Assembly (NCBI RefSeq): GCF_009914755.1
Contig: NC_060926.1
Length of the DNA: 64,000 nucleotides
Direction: 5' to 3' (one strand)
Origin: the human T2T-CHM13v2.0 reference genome, Homo sapiens
This document shows, in pieces, positions 1-13,684 of the stretch (the first letter of the stretch is position 1; each line of letters begins with the position of its first letter). The translations under genes and the position numbers were made by a program. The notes beneath the pieces are model-generated. The model did no database searches. It was not told where the DNA came from and worked only from the letters and a program-made list of their open reading frames with translations.

Positions 1-358
1 AATATCCTGATCATCTAACAAAACCCTTTGGGATCTGGAGCCTATCTTCACATTCCCATCTCTCACCACTCTCCTCACTGGCTTTCTTTATGTTTGGAAA
101 TATGCCAAGCCCATTTCTTCACAGGCCCTTTGCACTTGTGAATGTATATATGTAGGTATGTATGTATTTACATACATGTACATATATCTTTTCTTAGTGA
201 ACCACTTGAAAGTAAATTGCAGCATTTCAGCGTTATTTGATATTTCAGCCCTTACCTAAAAACAAACAAGGACATTCTCCCCCCATAATCCTAATACAAT
301 TACCACACCCAAGGAATTTAATGTGGATAAAATATCAAAGCCGTTATAAAAATTTACA

Positions 359-651
359 GACCAGGCACAGTGGCTCATGCCTGTAATCCCAGCACTTTGG
401 GAGTCCAAGGCAGGAGCATCACCTGAGTCCAGGAGTTTAAGACCAGCCTGGGCAACATAGTGAAACCTCAGCTCTACAAAAAACTAAAAAAATTTGTGGT
501 GGTGCATGCCTATAGTCCCAGACACTGTGGAGGCTGAGGTGGGAGGATCACTTGAGCTTAGGAGGTCGAGGTTGCAGTAAGCCATGATCACACCATTGCA
601 CTTCAACCTGGGCAACAGAGAGGGGCCCTGTATCAGAAAAAAAAAATTTAC
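359..651 (+). mobile_element. Alu (AluJ-like)
   Basis: Dimeric Alu with A tail, flanked by AAAAATTTACA direct repeats. Confidence 0.9.
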
Positions 652-1108
652 AAAAACCCTTAAATTAAAATATTTACCCAAAGAAGTTAGGTTTATTTCC
701 TGATCCCAGGATCCAATTAAAGTTCACACATGGTATTTGGTTGTCACGGCTCCTTAGTTTCCACTAATCTAGGCCAGCCTCATAACCACAACCATCACTT
801 ACACACACTCCCCTCTTTTTATCTTTCATCATATTAACATATTAAAGAGTTCATGTCCATTGCTTGTAGAATGCCCAATTCTGGACTTGTCTGATTGCTT
901 CCTTATGATTAGACTCAGGTTGTGGTTTTCTTTTAAAATAAACTGTTAGTGCAACTTGACACCCCTCATGTGAGGGTGGTGCTGAGTAGTGGCTTAGCTG
1001 GGAACCCAGCAAGTGTGTTCCAACTGTTGCCCAACCTGGCCTCCTGGTGTCCCCTGGACTCCACAGCCCTGATGCTGCTCAGGTTTTGAACCCTCCCCCA
1101 CTAGAAAA

Positions 1109-1577
1109 ATACTGAAGAATTTTCTGTGCTCCAGAGCAAGTGCTCCAGAGCTCCTAGGACCAACTGTTTATTGCCTTTGGATAACAATGCCTGAAACACT
1201 GGAACAAACATGTTTTGACGAAGGACATGGAAACTAGGATGTACCTCTATCCAGAAGCCTCTGTGCCAGAGACCTTAATCAAGACCAAGAAGATGCCCCA
1301 CTAGGCAGAGAGACTATTTACTGACAGTGTTACACCCAAGGGGTGTATATCCTTGAGGATTCCATTGTGGGACCACAGAACCAGACATGTCACCCTCACC
1401 TATAATACCAACCGCACCCAGCTGGTGTGGAGAGGATCAATGCATTTATTGAGTGAATCCTGAAAACAGAAGCTGGATGCAAATCTACTGAGATGCCCTA
1501 GGACTCCTCTAGCGGCATCTTTAAATCATCTGGGAATTTGGCTTGGCCTGGTTCAAAACTAACATGGTCAAATGAAG
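1109..1577 (+). pseudogene. PRELID1P: Decayed processed pseudogene of PRELID1 (PRELI domain protein 1), 3'-truncated
   Basis: Colinear intronless blocks match recalled PRELID1 protein: VLQSS*DQLFIAFG*QCLKHWNKHVLTKD (1140-) vs VLRSSWDQVFAAFWQRYPNPYSKHVLTED; KTKKMPH*AERLF (1281-1319) vs KTNRMPRWAERLF; VYILEDSIVGPQNQT (1343-) vs VYVLEDSIVDPQNQT; EFGLAWFKTNMVK (1534-1572) vs EFGLARFKSNVTK. Start codon decayed to ATA; stops and frameshifts present. Pseudogene number not assigned. Confidence 0.88.
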
Positions 1578-1584
1578 ATTTGTG

Positions 1585-2135
1585 TTTCTGGCCAAGATGG
1601 AGTAACAGAGATTATGTTTACTCTCACACCTAAGATAAAACAGACAATATACAGAAAACAGTGGTTTTTAGGACACTGGACATCAGGCAATGAAGAATAG
1701 TGATCCCTGAAACAAAGGAAACAAATGAGGTAAGCTCTATGACTGCCCTAGCTTACTACCTGCAGAGTTTCCAGGCCACAGCACCAAGAGGAAGAACAGA
1801 AGGCACCAGGCAGACTCCCTGAGTTGAGAAGACAGAGCTGAGAGTCCAGGGATACCACAGTAGCTAGAGTACACAGGACAGAGCATGTAATCCAGATCTC
1901 TGGAGTTCTATATCTGAGCAGACAGGAGAGAGCTGCTCAGATACAGAATTCCAGAGATCTGGAGCATTCAGCATCAGTCAGCACATGTGTGTGAGGAAAG
2001 CACCTGAAGCTGGAGAAAGAACCATTCAAAGGGATTAGAAGTAAAAATGTTGCCCATGCAAAGCCTAGAATGGTGCCTGTTTCCATCAGCCAGACTAGAA
2101 AATTTATAATTCACAGGGCATTGGGTAGAGTACGC
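1585..2135 (+). mobile_element. Ancient L1M 5'-end fragment
   Basis: Starts ttctggccaagatggagtaacag and includes ggacactggacatcaggcaatgaag, typical of old mammalian L1 5' UTRs. Confidence 0.6.
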
Positions 2136-2139
2136 AGGA

Positions 2140-2330
2140 CTCAGGGCAGGAAGAGCATCAGGAAAAATAGCTAATGCATGCTGGGCTTAATGCATAGGTG
2201 ATGGGTTCATAGGTGCAGCAAATCACCATGGCACACGTTTACCTATGTAACAAACCTGCACATCCTGTACATGTATCCTGGAGCTTCATAAAATAAAATA
2301 AACTGTGTATTTAAAATAATAATAAATATA
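2140..2330 (+). mobile_element. Old L1PA/L1P 3' end with A-rich tail
   Basis: gctaatgcatgctgggcttaat...caccatggcacacgtttacctatgtaacaaacctgcacatcc followed by an A-rich tail. Confidence 0.85.
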
Positions 2331-5055
2331 AGGTCGTGTTTGTCTACAAACAAGGATAATTAGACTTTTTCCTGTCCAATTTGGTTGCCCTTTTTCTTGA
2401 CTAATTGCTCTGACTAGGACTTCCAGTACTCTGTTGAATAAAAGTGGTGAAAGTGGGCATCTTCGTCTTGTGCCAGATGTTAGAGAAAAGGCTTTTGGTG
2501 TTTCCCTATTCAGTGTGATATTAGCTGTACATTTGTCATATATGGCCTTTATTGTTTTGAAGTTTATTCCTTTTGTACCCAGTTTGTTGAGAATTTTTTA
2601 ATCATGAAAGGATATTGAATTTTATAGAATGCTTCTTCAGCATCTATTGAAATGATCATATGCTTTTTGTCCTTAACTCTGTTAATGTGATGTATCATGT
2701 TTATTGATTTGCTTATGTTAAACCAGGCTTTATCCCTGAAATAAATTTCCCTTGATTATGGTAGATGATCTCTCTAATGTGTTGTTGGGTTTGTTAGAAT
2801 TTTGTTGAGAATTTTTGCTCCTATGTTCATCAGGATATTGACTGGTAGTTTTCTTTTTTATTGTGTCTGGTTTTGATATTGACTAATGCTGGCCTCATAG
2901 GATGAGTTTGGACGTTTCCCCTCTTTAATCTTTTGGAATAGTTTGAGTAGAATTAATATAGCTCTTCTTTAAATGTTTGGTAGAATTCAGCAATGAAGCA
3001 ATCAGGTCCTAGGATTTTTATCGATGGGAGACTTTTTAATTAGTGCTTTGATCTCATTACTTGTTACTGGTCTGTTAAGATTTACTATTTCTTCAAGTTC
3101 AATTTTAGTAGGACGTACATGTCCAGGCATTTATTCATTTCTTCTTGGTTTTCCAATAGGTGGGTGTATAAATATTTATAATAGCCTCTAATGATCCTTT
3201 ATACATCAAAGGTATTAGTTGTAATGTCTCATTTTTTATTTCTCATTTTATTTATTTGGGTTTTCTCTTTGTTAGTCTAGCTAAAGTTTTGTTGATTTTG
3301 TTCATATTTTCCAAAAACCAACTTTTTGTTTCCTTGATGTATTACATTGGGTATTGTGTTTTTAGTCTTAATTTCACTTATTTCTGCTCTGATCTTTATT
3401 ATTTGTTTTCCTCTACAAATTTTGACTTTGGTTTGTTCTGGCTTTTCTAGTTAAGGTGCACTGTTAGGTGTTTATTTGCAGTCTTTCTACTTTTCTTTAA
3501 AAAAGTGGCTCCAATTTATGGCTCTAGTTGATGCCTCACTTTCTACTTTTTTGATGTAGGCATTTATTGCTATAAATTTCCCACTTAGTGCTGCTTTTAT
3601 TTCATAGGTTTTGGTGTGTTGTGTTACCATTTTAATTTGTTTCAAGAAATTTTTAAAATTCCTTCTTGATTTCTTCATTGACTCACTGGTCATTCAGGAG
3701 CATATTGTTTAATTTCCATGATTAGTACAGTTTCCAAAATTCCTCTTGTTATTGATTTCTAGTTTTATTCATTGTGATCAGAAAATATATTTGATATGAT
3801 TTTGAATTTTCTGAATTTCTTGTGATTTATTTTGTGGCATAACATGTGGCCTATCCTGAAGAATGTTCCGTGTGTGGAGGAATAGAATGTGTATTCTGCA
3901 GCTGGTAGGTTGTTGTATAAATGTCAGTGCCATGTTTGGATATGGTTTGTCACCACCAAAACTCATGTTGAAATTTGATCCCCAACATGGCAAAGTTGGG
4001 AGGTGAGCTTAGTGGGTCATAGGGTGGATCCCTCATAAATGTCTTGATAAGTGAGACTAGATTAGTTCTTGGGGAAATGAATTAGTTTCCTTGAGAGTGG
4101 GCTATTATAACACCAGGATGCCCCTCAGACTTTATCTCTTCACATGTGTCCATTTCTCCTTTGACCTTCTCTACCATCTTTTGACCTAGCACATGGCCCT
4201 CACCAGAAGCTAGGCAGATGCTGATGCCATACTCCTCATACTTCCCAGCCTACACAACTGTGAGCTAAGTAAGCTTCTTTTCTGTGTAAATTACTCAGTC
4301 TCAGGTCCTCTGTTATAGTAACACAAAATGGATTAAGTCAGATAGGTCCATTTGGTATAGAGTGCAGTTTAACTCTGATGTTTGTTTGTTATTTTCTGTC
4401 TGGATAATCTGTCTATTACTGAAAGTGGGTGTTGAAGTTGCCTAATATTATATTGCAGTCTATATTTCCCTTTAAATCAATTAATATTTGCTTTATACAT
4501 TTGGGTGCTCTGATATTGGAATGCATAGTTACAATTATTATACCCTCTTGCTAAATTGACTCCTTTATAACCTCTTGCTGAATTGACTCCTTTATCATTA
4601 TATAATGACCTTCTTTGTTTTTCTTTACACTTTTTGACTTAAAGCCTATTTTATCTGATATGAGTATAGTTACTCTTGCCCCTTTTTTTGCTTCCATTTG
4701 TATAAAATATCTTTTTCTAACTCTTCATTTCCAGTCTGTATGTTCCCTTATAGGTGAAGTGAGTTTCTTGTAGGCAGCACATAGTTGGGTCTTATTTTTT
4801 TAAAGCATGCAGCCATTTATGTCTTTTAATTGGGGATTTAGTCCATTTATATTCAATGTTATTTTGATAGGTAAGGACTTACTACTGGCATTTTTGTTAC
4901 TTGCTTTCTGGTTATTTTGTAAGTCTTCTTTTTCTTTCTTCCTTTCTTGCTCTCTTCCTTCGTGGTTAAGTGATATGTCTGGTAGTATGTTTTTAATTCC
5001 TTGCTTTTTATTTTTAGTGTATCTATTACAGGTTTTTGCTTTGTGGTTACTGGGT
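2331..5055 (-). mobile_element. Old L1 (L1M/L1PB-type) ORF2 region, antisense, interrupted by a MaLR LTR
   Basis: Minus-strand ORF 3487-3693 gives GKFIAINAYIKK, homologous to L1 ORF2; T-rich plus strand. Confidence 0.85.
3929..4340 (+). mobile_element. MaLR solo LTR (MST family)
   Basis: gatatggtttg...aaactcatgttgaaatttgatcccc...ctcaggtcctctgttatagtaacacaaaatggattaag MST signature. Confidence 0.8.
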
Positions 5056-5505
5056 AATTTATAAAGGAAAGAGGTTTAATTGACTTACAGTTCTACATGG
5101 CTGGGGAAGCCTCAGGAAACTTACAATCTTGGTGGAAGGCAAAGGAGAAGCAAGTGCCTTCTTCACAAGGTGGCAGGAAAGAGAGAGAGTGAAGAGTGAC
5201 AGGTGCACTAAAATCTCAGCCTTCACCACTATACAATTCATCCTTGTAACCAAAAACCAGTTGTACTCCCAAAGCTATTGAAATTTAAAAATACTTTTTA
5301 AGAAAAGAGACTGGCATTTCTCCTGCTCCCTCTCTTGCCACATGACATGCCTGCTCCCCCTCCACCTTCCACCATGAGTAAAAGCTTCCTGAGGCTTCAT
5401 CAGAAGCTGGGCAGATGCTCGTATAACCTGCAGAACTATATGCCTCTTTTCTTTATAAATTACCCAGTCTCAGGTATTCCTTTATAGCAATGAAAAATGG
5501 ACCAC
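5052..5505. mobile_element. Nested THE1/MST LTR fragments around an L1PB-type 3' end
   Basis: gggtaatttataaaggaaagaggtttaattgac (THE1/MST); cactaaaatctcag...cccaaagctattgaaa (L1PB 3' end); ataaattacccagtctcaggtattcc (MST, opposite orientation). Confidence 0.7.
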
Positions 5506-6279
5506 TACAAGAAGGAAGCTGTCCACTCTAGAAAAGACCCATGGCTCATCTCAGCCAGCCCTGCCTATGAGCAAGGCACAGCACATCCTCCCAGGAGCAG
5601 AAAAGGCAGATGCCACAGGGGGAGTGTGGCATCTCCACTGGGCGGGATGTTACTGGGGTCTTCCAGCCCCACTGACTTCTCGCCCAGTGCTTCTTCCAGT
5701 GGAGCAGCATGGAGCAGGGATAAAGCTCACTGTCCAGGTGGCACCGCTTTGTGGAGCACTATGGCAGGACACAGTCACCTCTGGAGACTGGGACAGAGAC
5801 AAGGAGAGAAGATACCTGATCTCAGCTCACCTTGATCCTCCATGCCGCTCTCCTCCTTACTTGCAAATCCTCCTCCTAAACCAGTCCCAGAGGCCAAGCC
5901 AGGAGATCACACCTATAAGGGTTCTGGCTTTGTGGTCATTGCCAGGTCTTTATGTCCATTACCTTTGAAGAAAATCTAAATCAGTTTCTAAAATTGAAAT
6001 CAAACCACGTCTCTTCCCTGCTTAAGAGGTTTCCATAGCTTTCCTTCCTCCATGGGGAAAAGTAGACTGAAGAACCCCAAGAAAGCCTGGTAGCTGAGGC
6101 CATCAGTGGCTCCTGAACTCAGTCCGGTATTAGTGCAGTCACAGGCGATCAGCATGTTAATCAAACCCATCTATAAATGTTTATGTTCCTGACGCTCCAT
6201 TTTAAAAGGCAGATAACATAGAATATATTTTAGAAGATGTGGAGCAGATGTTAGTAGCAGATGCTAGAGAAGCAGGAAA

Positions 6280-6517
6280 GTGCAGGGGTGAAGACCTGGG
6301 CTCTGAAACCAGACTGACTGAGTTGGAGTCTTCGTTTCCCAGTACTGCGTGGCGTTGGGCAAGTGTCCAGACCCTTTGCCTCGTTCCCTTATATATAAAA
6401 TAGGGGATGAGATATCATCTAACTTATGGGATTGTTTTGAGGGTCAACAAGTTAATACCTGTTTTAGAATGCTTGTGAGAATGCCCGGCACTGGATAAGC
6501 GAATGTTGGGTATTATT
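6280..6517 (+). mobile_element. MIR SINE
   Basis: tgggcaagtg...aaaataggggat...ggattgttttgaggg MIR core. Confidence 0.7.
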
Positions 6518-6526
6518 AAATAACAT

Positions 6527-6677
6527 AGCCGGGCATGGTGGCGCATGCCTGTAGTCCCAGCTACTCAGGAGGCTGAAGAGAGAGGATCGCTTGAACCCAG
6601 GAGTTCGAGTCCAGTCTGGGCAACCTAGTGAGACCCTACCTCAAACATATTTTTAAATAAATAATAATAAAAAAAAT
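6527..6677 (+). mobile_element. Free Alu monomer (FLAM-like)
   Basis: Single Alu arm followed by an A-rich tail. Confidence 0.8.
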
Positions 6678-7075
6678 GTTTTCAACAACGGAGGCACACA
6701 GACTTGACTTCCCACACTGCATTTTGCTTGCCCCCGGCCCTAAACATACCCCTAAGCTGCGATCCACTGCCTCTTCCCTCACGAGCATAGACCCCTCCCC
6801 ACCACTCCTTTGGTCATATTTTGGGAAAGAGTCCTTAAATTAAGTTCCCTTTAGCGCTGCTCTTATAGGACATGGACATCCACAAGCTTGATCTTTCTCC
6901 CTGCCTAATTCACACCCAGGCTCAGATATGGATCTGTCCTTCCCTTTAAACATCTGGTCATTAAGAAAAGTTCATGTCGAGAACGCCAGAGTCCACAAGA
7001 GTGCGGGATTCCTGAGATCCCTGCCGAAGCGGCTCCCTGGCATTACAATTCCGCCGGCGCTCTCTCCCTCAGTGA

Positions 7076-7090
7076 CCTGTAGATGGCGCC
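7076..7090 (+). promoter_or_regulatory. Candidate CTCF site
   Basis: CCTGTAGATGGCGCC matches CCASYAGRKGGCRSY with one mismatch, in a locally CpG-retaining unique segment. Confidence 0.55.
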
Positions 7091-8152
7091 ATTGCCTCTG
7101 CCTGGGCACAGAAGGGCTCCTGCCGCTTGGAGTTCTGTTTTCACTATGCGTGTGAATCTGGTCCTCCTTAGGTATTTGTTGGACTGAATGATAGTTATAA
7201 TGGAATCCTGGCCTTCCAGGAATCCCCGACCCCCTCAATGAATGTAGTAGTAATATTAGTCATCTCATTCCTACATTTCACTCCCTAGGCCAGGACCCCT
7301 GAGATTTCAGTAAAGGTATAAATTTGCTGAATTCTTTGAACCAAGCGCCAGGTGCTGGCTTCATGGAAGGCAGAAAATTGCTTGCCTTGTCCCCAATGAG
7401 CACACATGAGTAATCAGTCTTCGTCTTCCGGATGTAGCCAGGGTAGCAATGGCCTCGATCCCACCAGCTGGTGACTATTAAATATGCCAAGCCCTGACAG
7501 GTTCAGTCCTGAGAGTCCGGAACCTCTAGGAATGCCGGGGGTTCTTGTTACAAAGAGAGCCGAGAAACAGGAGTCAGGTGGCAGTGACACTCCATGCTTC
7601 CCCTACTCCACCAAAGCTGTTCTTGCCACAGTCACGGTGAACTGACCCTCCTGTTTACAAATTCAACTGGCATTTTCCTATCTGTTGATTTTTTTTTACC
7701 TCTTGGTGACATTCTTTCCCACTCACACTCCCTCACAAGGCCCCATTTCTTGGATACTTGTGGCCTCACGCACTCCTGGTCTTCTCCTGTTTGGAAGCTC
7801 CAGGAGTTCCTTCTCTCTCACCTCTCCCCTAGATGCTGGACTTGCTGATAGGTCCGTTCTTATTCCTCTTCCCTGCTCTCCACACAGATTCTCCCTGGAC
7901 AATCTCCTTCCTCCCCACCTCACTCCCCAATTCTCTTTCAGTCTAAACCAGTCCCCCAGACTTATGAATCCAGCTACCACTGGCCCTCTTTGCTTGCTTG
8001 CCACATGAACTCTTCAAAAACAATAAATCCATACCTGAACCCGGCCCCAGCACCTGACCACCACATCCCTATCCCCACCCCAGCCAACAAGTCTGACCCT
8101 GGTTCTGTGCTCCAGTCTCCCGAGCCAGACAGTCAAGTATCACCCTTGACTC

Positions 8153-8574
8153 CTGTGTTAGTTTTCTACGGTTGCTGTAACAAATTATCACAAACCAGGC
8201 GGCTTAAAACAACAGAGAGTGACCCTCTCATCGTTCGGAAGGCCAGAAGTCTGAAAAACTGTCAGCTGCATTGTGCTCCCTCCAAAATCTCCAGGGGAGA
8301 ATCCTTCCTCACCTCTTCCAGCTTCAGGCATTCCCTGGCTCCTCCGTGTCTGATTCCAGCCTCTGCCCCCATCTTCACATGGCCATCTCTTCTGTCTCTA
8401 TGCATCCTCTTCTAAGAAAGCTCTCCTTGGATTTAGAGCCCATCCTAAGCCAGTGTGATCTCATCTTTATCTTTACCTCAATCATATCAGCTAAGATCCT
8501 ATTTCCAAATAAGGTCTCATTCTGAGGTTCTGGGTGGACATGAATTTGGAGGGGATGCCATTCAACCCACTGTA
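8153..8574 (-). mobile_element. MaLR LTR (MLT1 family)
   Basis: gctgtaacaaattatcacaaacc...cttaaaacaacag...tttccaaataaggtctcattctgagg...ccattcaaccc. Confidence 0.8.
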
Positions 8575-8607
8575 ATTCCTCCACTTCCCCGCCACAATCT
8601 AATTTAA

Positions 8608-9466
<859 letters not shown>

Positions 9467-9494
9467 TAACCCTGCTGCTCACCTCACAACCTGC

Positions 9495-9495
<1 letters not shown>

Positions 9496-9533
<38 letters not shown>
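9496..9533. repeat. (CA)n microsatellite
   Basis: Perfect CA run. Confidence 0.95.
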
Positions 9534-9535
<2 letters not shown>

Positions 9536-10646
9536 CCAGCGTCACTGGGAGAAAGCTCCAGCTCCCCAGCCAGCGCTCTGCAACACACCAGTCCCTCTGT
9601 AAGTGGTCCCTGCCCTCCTTTCTGGCTTAACGTCTAACAACTGCCCACCCACTTTCCAGCCGCCTTCCTCATGTCCCAAGCCTGCCTGGGCCAAAAGCGC
9701 TCCTGTGGGCTGCAGGTGCCACAGCGCCCAGGTCTCTGCAGATGCTGCTCCCTCTGCTGGAAATGCCCTCTCCCTGCCCGGCCCACCTCACTGACTCCTT
9801 CAAATCTCAGGTTAGACGCCGATTCCTCTGGTCAGATAGCCCTGGCCCCCAAATCAAGTGAGATTCCCATTCGGGCTCTCCCAGCTCTCCAGGCCACCCC
9901 CAGCACAGCCCTGTCACACTGTACTATGTGTGTGTTCCTTGAGAGCAGGCACCGGGCATGCTCACCACATAGTCTCTGCACCTAGCTCAGTACCTGTCAC
10001 TTCACAGCAACAAACACATTGTGAGCACCCAGCATGAGTTAGGGACAGTCCTCAGCATCTTCCCTGCACTAACTCATTTCATTTTCACAACAGCCCTGTA
10101 AGGTGGTGACTTCACAGGAGGCCCATTTTTTTTAGATGTGGAAACTGGGGTACAGATACATTAGGTAACTTATTCAGAGTCACAAAGCTATTAAGCAGCA
10201 AGTCTGGTGTTCCAACACAGGCAGCCCAGGTGCAGAGTCCAGTCCTAGCTATAATGCTATACTCAACCATGTATTGAAATAACTCTTTATTGGTTCAGTT
10301 AGCTAATGTAAAATGGAGCCAGCCTGACCCCAAGAAGTTAGCTGACTTTTCCTGAGGTTGTCTAGTGAGGTCAGAACTTTGACTCAAGCCCTCAGACTTC
10401 TAGACCAGTGTTGCTTATGAACCCACCAAAAAGAGACCAGGGGGTCAGGAGTCACTGGGCTGCTGCAGGTGCAGGATTCTCAGAAAGGCTCCTGAGAAAA
10501 AGGGGCCCTCTTCCTTTGCTGCCTTGTCCAGAAGTGCTCATTATAGTCAGGACAGAAGCCCTCCAGCACAAAAGGACACCCCAGCAGCAAGTCTCCTGGT
10601 ACCCAGCACTATTCATGAGGTTCTATTAAAACAAACAAACAAACCC

Positions 10647-10872
10647 TTTGTATTTTTGTAGAGACAGGGTTTCACCATGCTGGCCAGGCTGGTCTTGAAC
10701 TCCTAACCTCAGGTGATCTGCCCAGGGCGTGATGGCGGTGCCTGTAATCCCAGCTACTCAGGAGGCTGAGGCAGGAGGATCGCTTGAAACCTGGGAGGCG
10801 GAGGTTGCAGTGAGCCGAGATCGCGCCATTGCACTCCAGCCTGGGCGTCTGTCTCAAAAAAAAAAAAAAAAA
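10647..10872 (+). mobile_element. 5'-inverted, 5'-truncated Alu
   Basis: Antisense left-arm piece 10647-10724 fused to a sense right arm 10725-10872 with poly-A. Confidence 0.85.
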
Positions 10873-11007
10873 CCACCTGAGTTCAGATCCAAACCTCAAT
10901 TTGATCAGGCCTCTAAATCTAATTGCCAGATTAAAGGAAGTACAGAGGATACTGCAACATGGTGAGTAAGTCCAAAGAATGAGAAATGCTAAGGACAACG
11001 GCTCTAG

Positions 11008-11008
<1 letters not shown>

Positions 11009-11041
<33 letters not shown>
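11009..11041. repeat. (CA)n microsatellite
   Basis: Perfect CA run. Confidence 0.95.
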
Positions 11042-11043
<2 letters not shown>

Positions 11044-11236
11044 ATACATAAAGAGTAAGATGAATGGTCACAGATTTTAAAAGCCTTAAAGATGTATCAA
11101 ACAAACACAATGTATGGCATTTGTTTGGATGCTGATTGAAACAAGGTACCTGTTAAAGAAAACACATGTGAGACAAAAGAGCAAATGTGAACAATGACTG
11201 GCTATTAGTACTAATCTGTAGGTATAATTACTGTGT

Positions 11237-11614
<378 letters not shown>

Positions 11615-11951
11615 TAATAAAATAACTTCAGGGAGAAGAATAGGGATATAGATAAAATAAGGTCAATTGTGGAATCTGGGTAATAGGTATATGGTGGGGG
11701 AGTTATATTATTCCCTCTACTTTTGTACTTGCTTCTAAAATGCATAATAAAAGACTAAAATAAAAGAGTCACCCTCACACAGTGAACCAGGCAGCTGCAG
11801 CCAACCAGTCAGAAATTATGGATTATGAATCCACTTTATCCAGTCAATTCTGTTCTGGAGTATGGTGATCCCAGAAGGAGGTTTTGAAACAGTAAAGAGC
11901 CCCTGGATCTTAAAGAGGAGTCAGCTCTGGTAGGCTCAGAAGCCTGACCCT

Positions 11952-12252
11952 GGCTAGGTGAAGTGGCTCACACCTGTCATACTAACACTTTGGGAGGCAG
12001 AGGCAGGAGGATCGCTTGAGGCCTAGAGTTCAAAACCAGTCTGGGCAACATTACAAGACCCTGTCTCTACAACAACAACAACAAAATTTTAATTTGCCAG
12101 GCATGATAGCATGATCCAATAGTCCAAGCTACTCAGAAGGCTGAGGCAGGAGGATTGTTTTAGCCCAGGAGTTCAAGACTGCAGTGAGCTATGATAGTGC
12201 CACTACATTCTAGCCTGGCAATAGAGTGAGACCCTGTCTCAGAATAAAAATT
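11952..12252 (+). mobile_element. AluJ
   Basis: Diverged dimeric Alu; flanked by AGCCTGACCCT repeats. Confidence 0.88.
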
Positions 12253-13072
12253 TAAAAAGAAAGCCTGACCCTTATAGCTTGGCTACATTTATAGAATATA
12301 GAATATTTATTCTTCTTCGCTCTTTTTTTTTTGTCTTTTATTGCTATTAAATATTGTTCTCCTTCAGTCTTTGGTAAAAATCTTTTATGAAAATTCCAAC
12401 TTTTTTCACATGTGGCTAAGGGAAGCAAGGAAAGTTGAGTTTGTTTACCAAATGTTGAGACCCTCAATCCCATCCCCAGCCCCTAAGACACCTGGTCTTC
12501 CTCTGCAAGCAGGAGACTGGAAGAGCCTTCTCTGGGAAATCTAACCGGCCCAGGAGAAAGATATTCAAGGCAATGAAAATTGATAGATTTTTCTGAAGAA
12601 ATTGAGAGGAGTTGTAGAGAGTTGGCAGAGTCTGAGGTTGAATTATTTCAAAGCATATAGAAAACTAACCAAATGAAAAGAAAAAATAATTATTAATTTT
12701 TTAAAGTAGTATAGGAAAGGAAAATATAATTGTGATTCAGCTGTGAATAATGTTTACATATTCATAGCAATATGATTACTGAATACTGATATACCAACTG
12801 TTATTTATTGGTTTGCCGCATCCATTTCCATTACTGTTATGTTCTTCCCTAAATCACAGCAGATGGAAGGCTAGAAACTATTCTTCCAGACTTACAAAAA
12901 GTTTGGGATCTGATTGTGATTTTAGATCTGCCACAGGGATTTTTTTTTTTATCTGTTTGGCCTATCAATAATCTAGAAGTGTTTTGAAATCCCTCACTAG
13001 GATAGTAAATGTGTACATTTCTCCCTATAATTCGTTCGTTTTTATGTTATCATTAGAAACCATGTTAATTGC

Positions 13073-13345
13073 TCCCAGCACTTTGGGAGGCCGAGGCAGG
13101 CGGATCACGAGGTCAGGAGATTGAGACCATCCTGGCTAACATGGTGAAACCCTGTCTCTACTAAAAATACAAAAAATTAGCCGGGCGTGGTGGCGGGTGC
13201 CTGTAGTCCCAGCTACTCAGGAGGCTGAGGCAGGAGAATGGCTTGAACCCAGGAGGCGGAGCTTGCAGTAAGCCGAGATTGCGCCACTGCACCACTGCAC
13301 TCCAGCCTGGGCGACAGAGTGAGACTCTGTCTCAAAAGAAAAAAA
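13073..13345 (+). mobile_element. 5'-truncated AluY with 16-bp TSD
   Basis: AluY diagnostics (gatcacgaggtcaggaga, ggcggagcttgcag). TSD AAACCATGTTAATTGC at 13057-13072 and 13346-13361. Confidence 0.92.
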
Positions 13346-13380
13346 AAACCATGTTAATTGCATACATGTTTAGAACTGTT

Positions 13381-13684
13381 GCCGGGTGTGGTGGCTCATG
13401 CCTGCAATCCTAGCACTTTGGGAGGCTGAGGTGGGAGAATCACTTCAGCCCAGGAGTTTGACACCAGCCTGGGCAACAGAGGAGAACCCATCTCTACAAA
13501 AAATAATAAAAAAAACATTGGTGGGTGTGGTGGTGCACACAGTCCCAGCTACTCAGGAGGCTGTGGTGGGAGGATCACTTGAGCCCAAGAGTTCAAGGCT
13601 GCAGTGAGCCATCTTTGTGCCATTGCACTCCAGCCTGAGGGACAGAGAGAGACCCTATCTCAAGAAAAACAAAAACAAAAAAAA
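13381..13684 (+). mobile_element. AluJ
   Basis: Dimeric Alu with A-rich tail. Confidence 0.88.

Noticed and set aside
142-187. Palindromic ATGTATGTA/TACATACAT stretch
   Set aside because: Low-complexity TA/TG microsatellite decay.
4544-4595. 27-bp tandem duplication in old L1
   Set aside because: Real, but an ordinary slippage event in a dead repeat.
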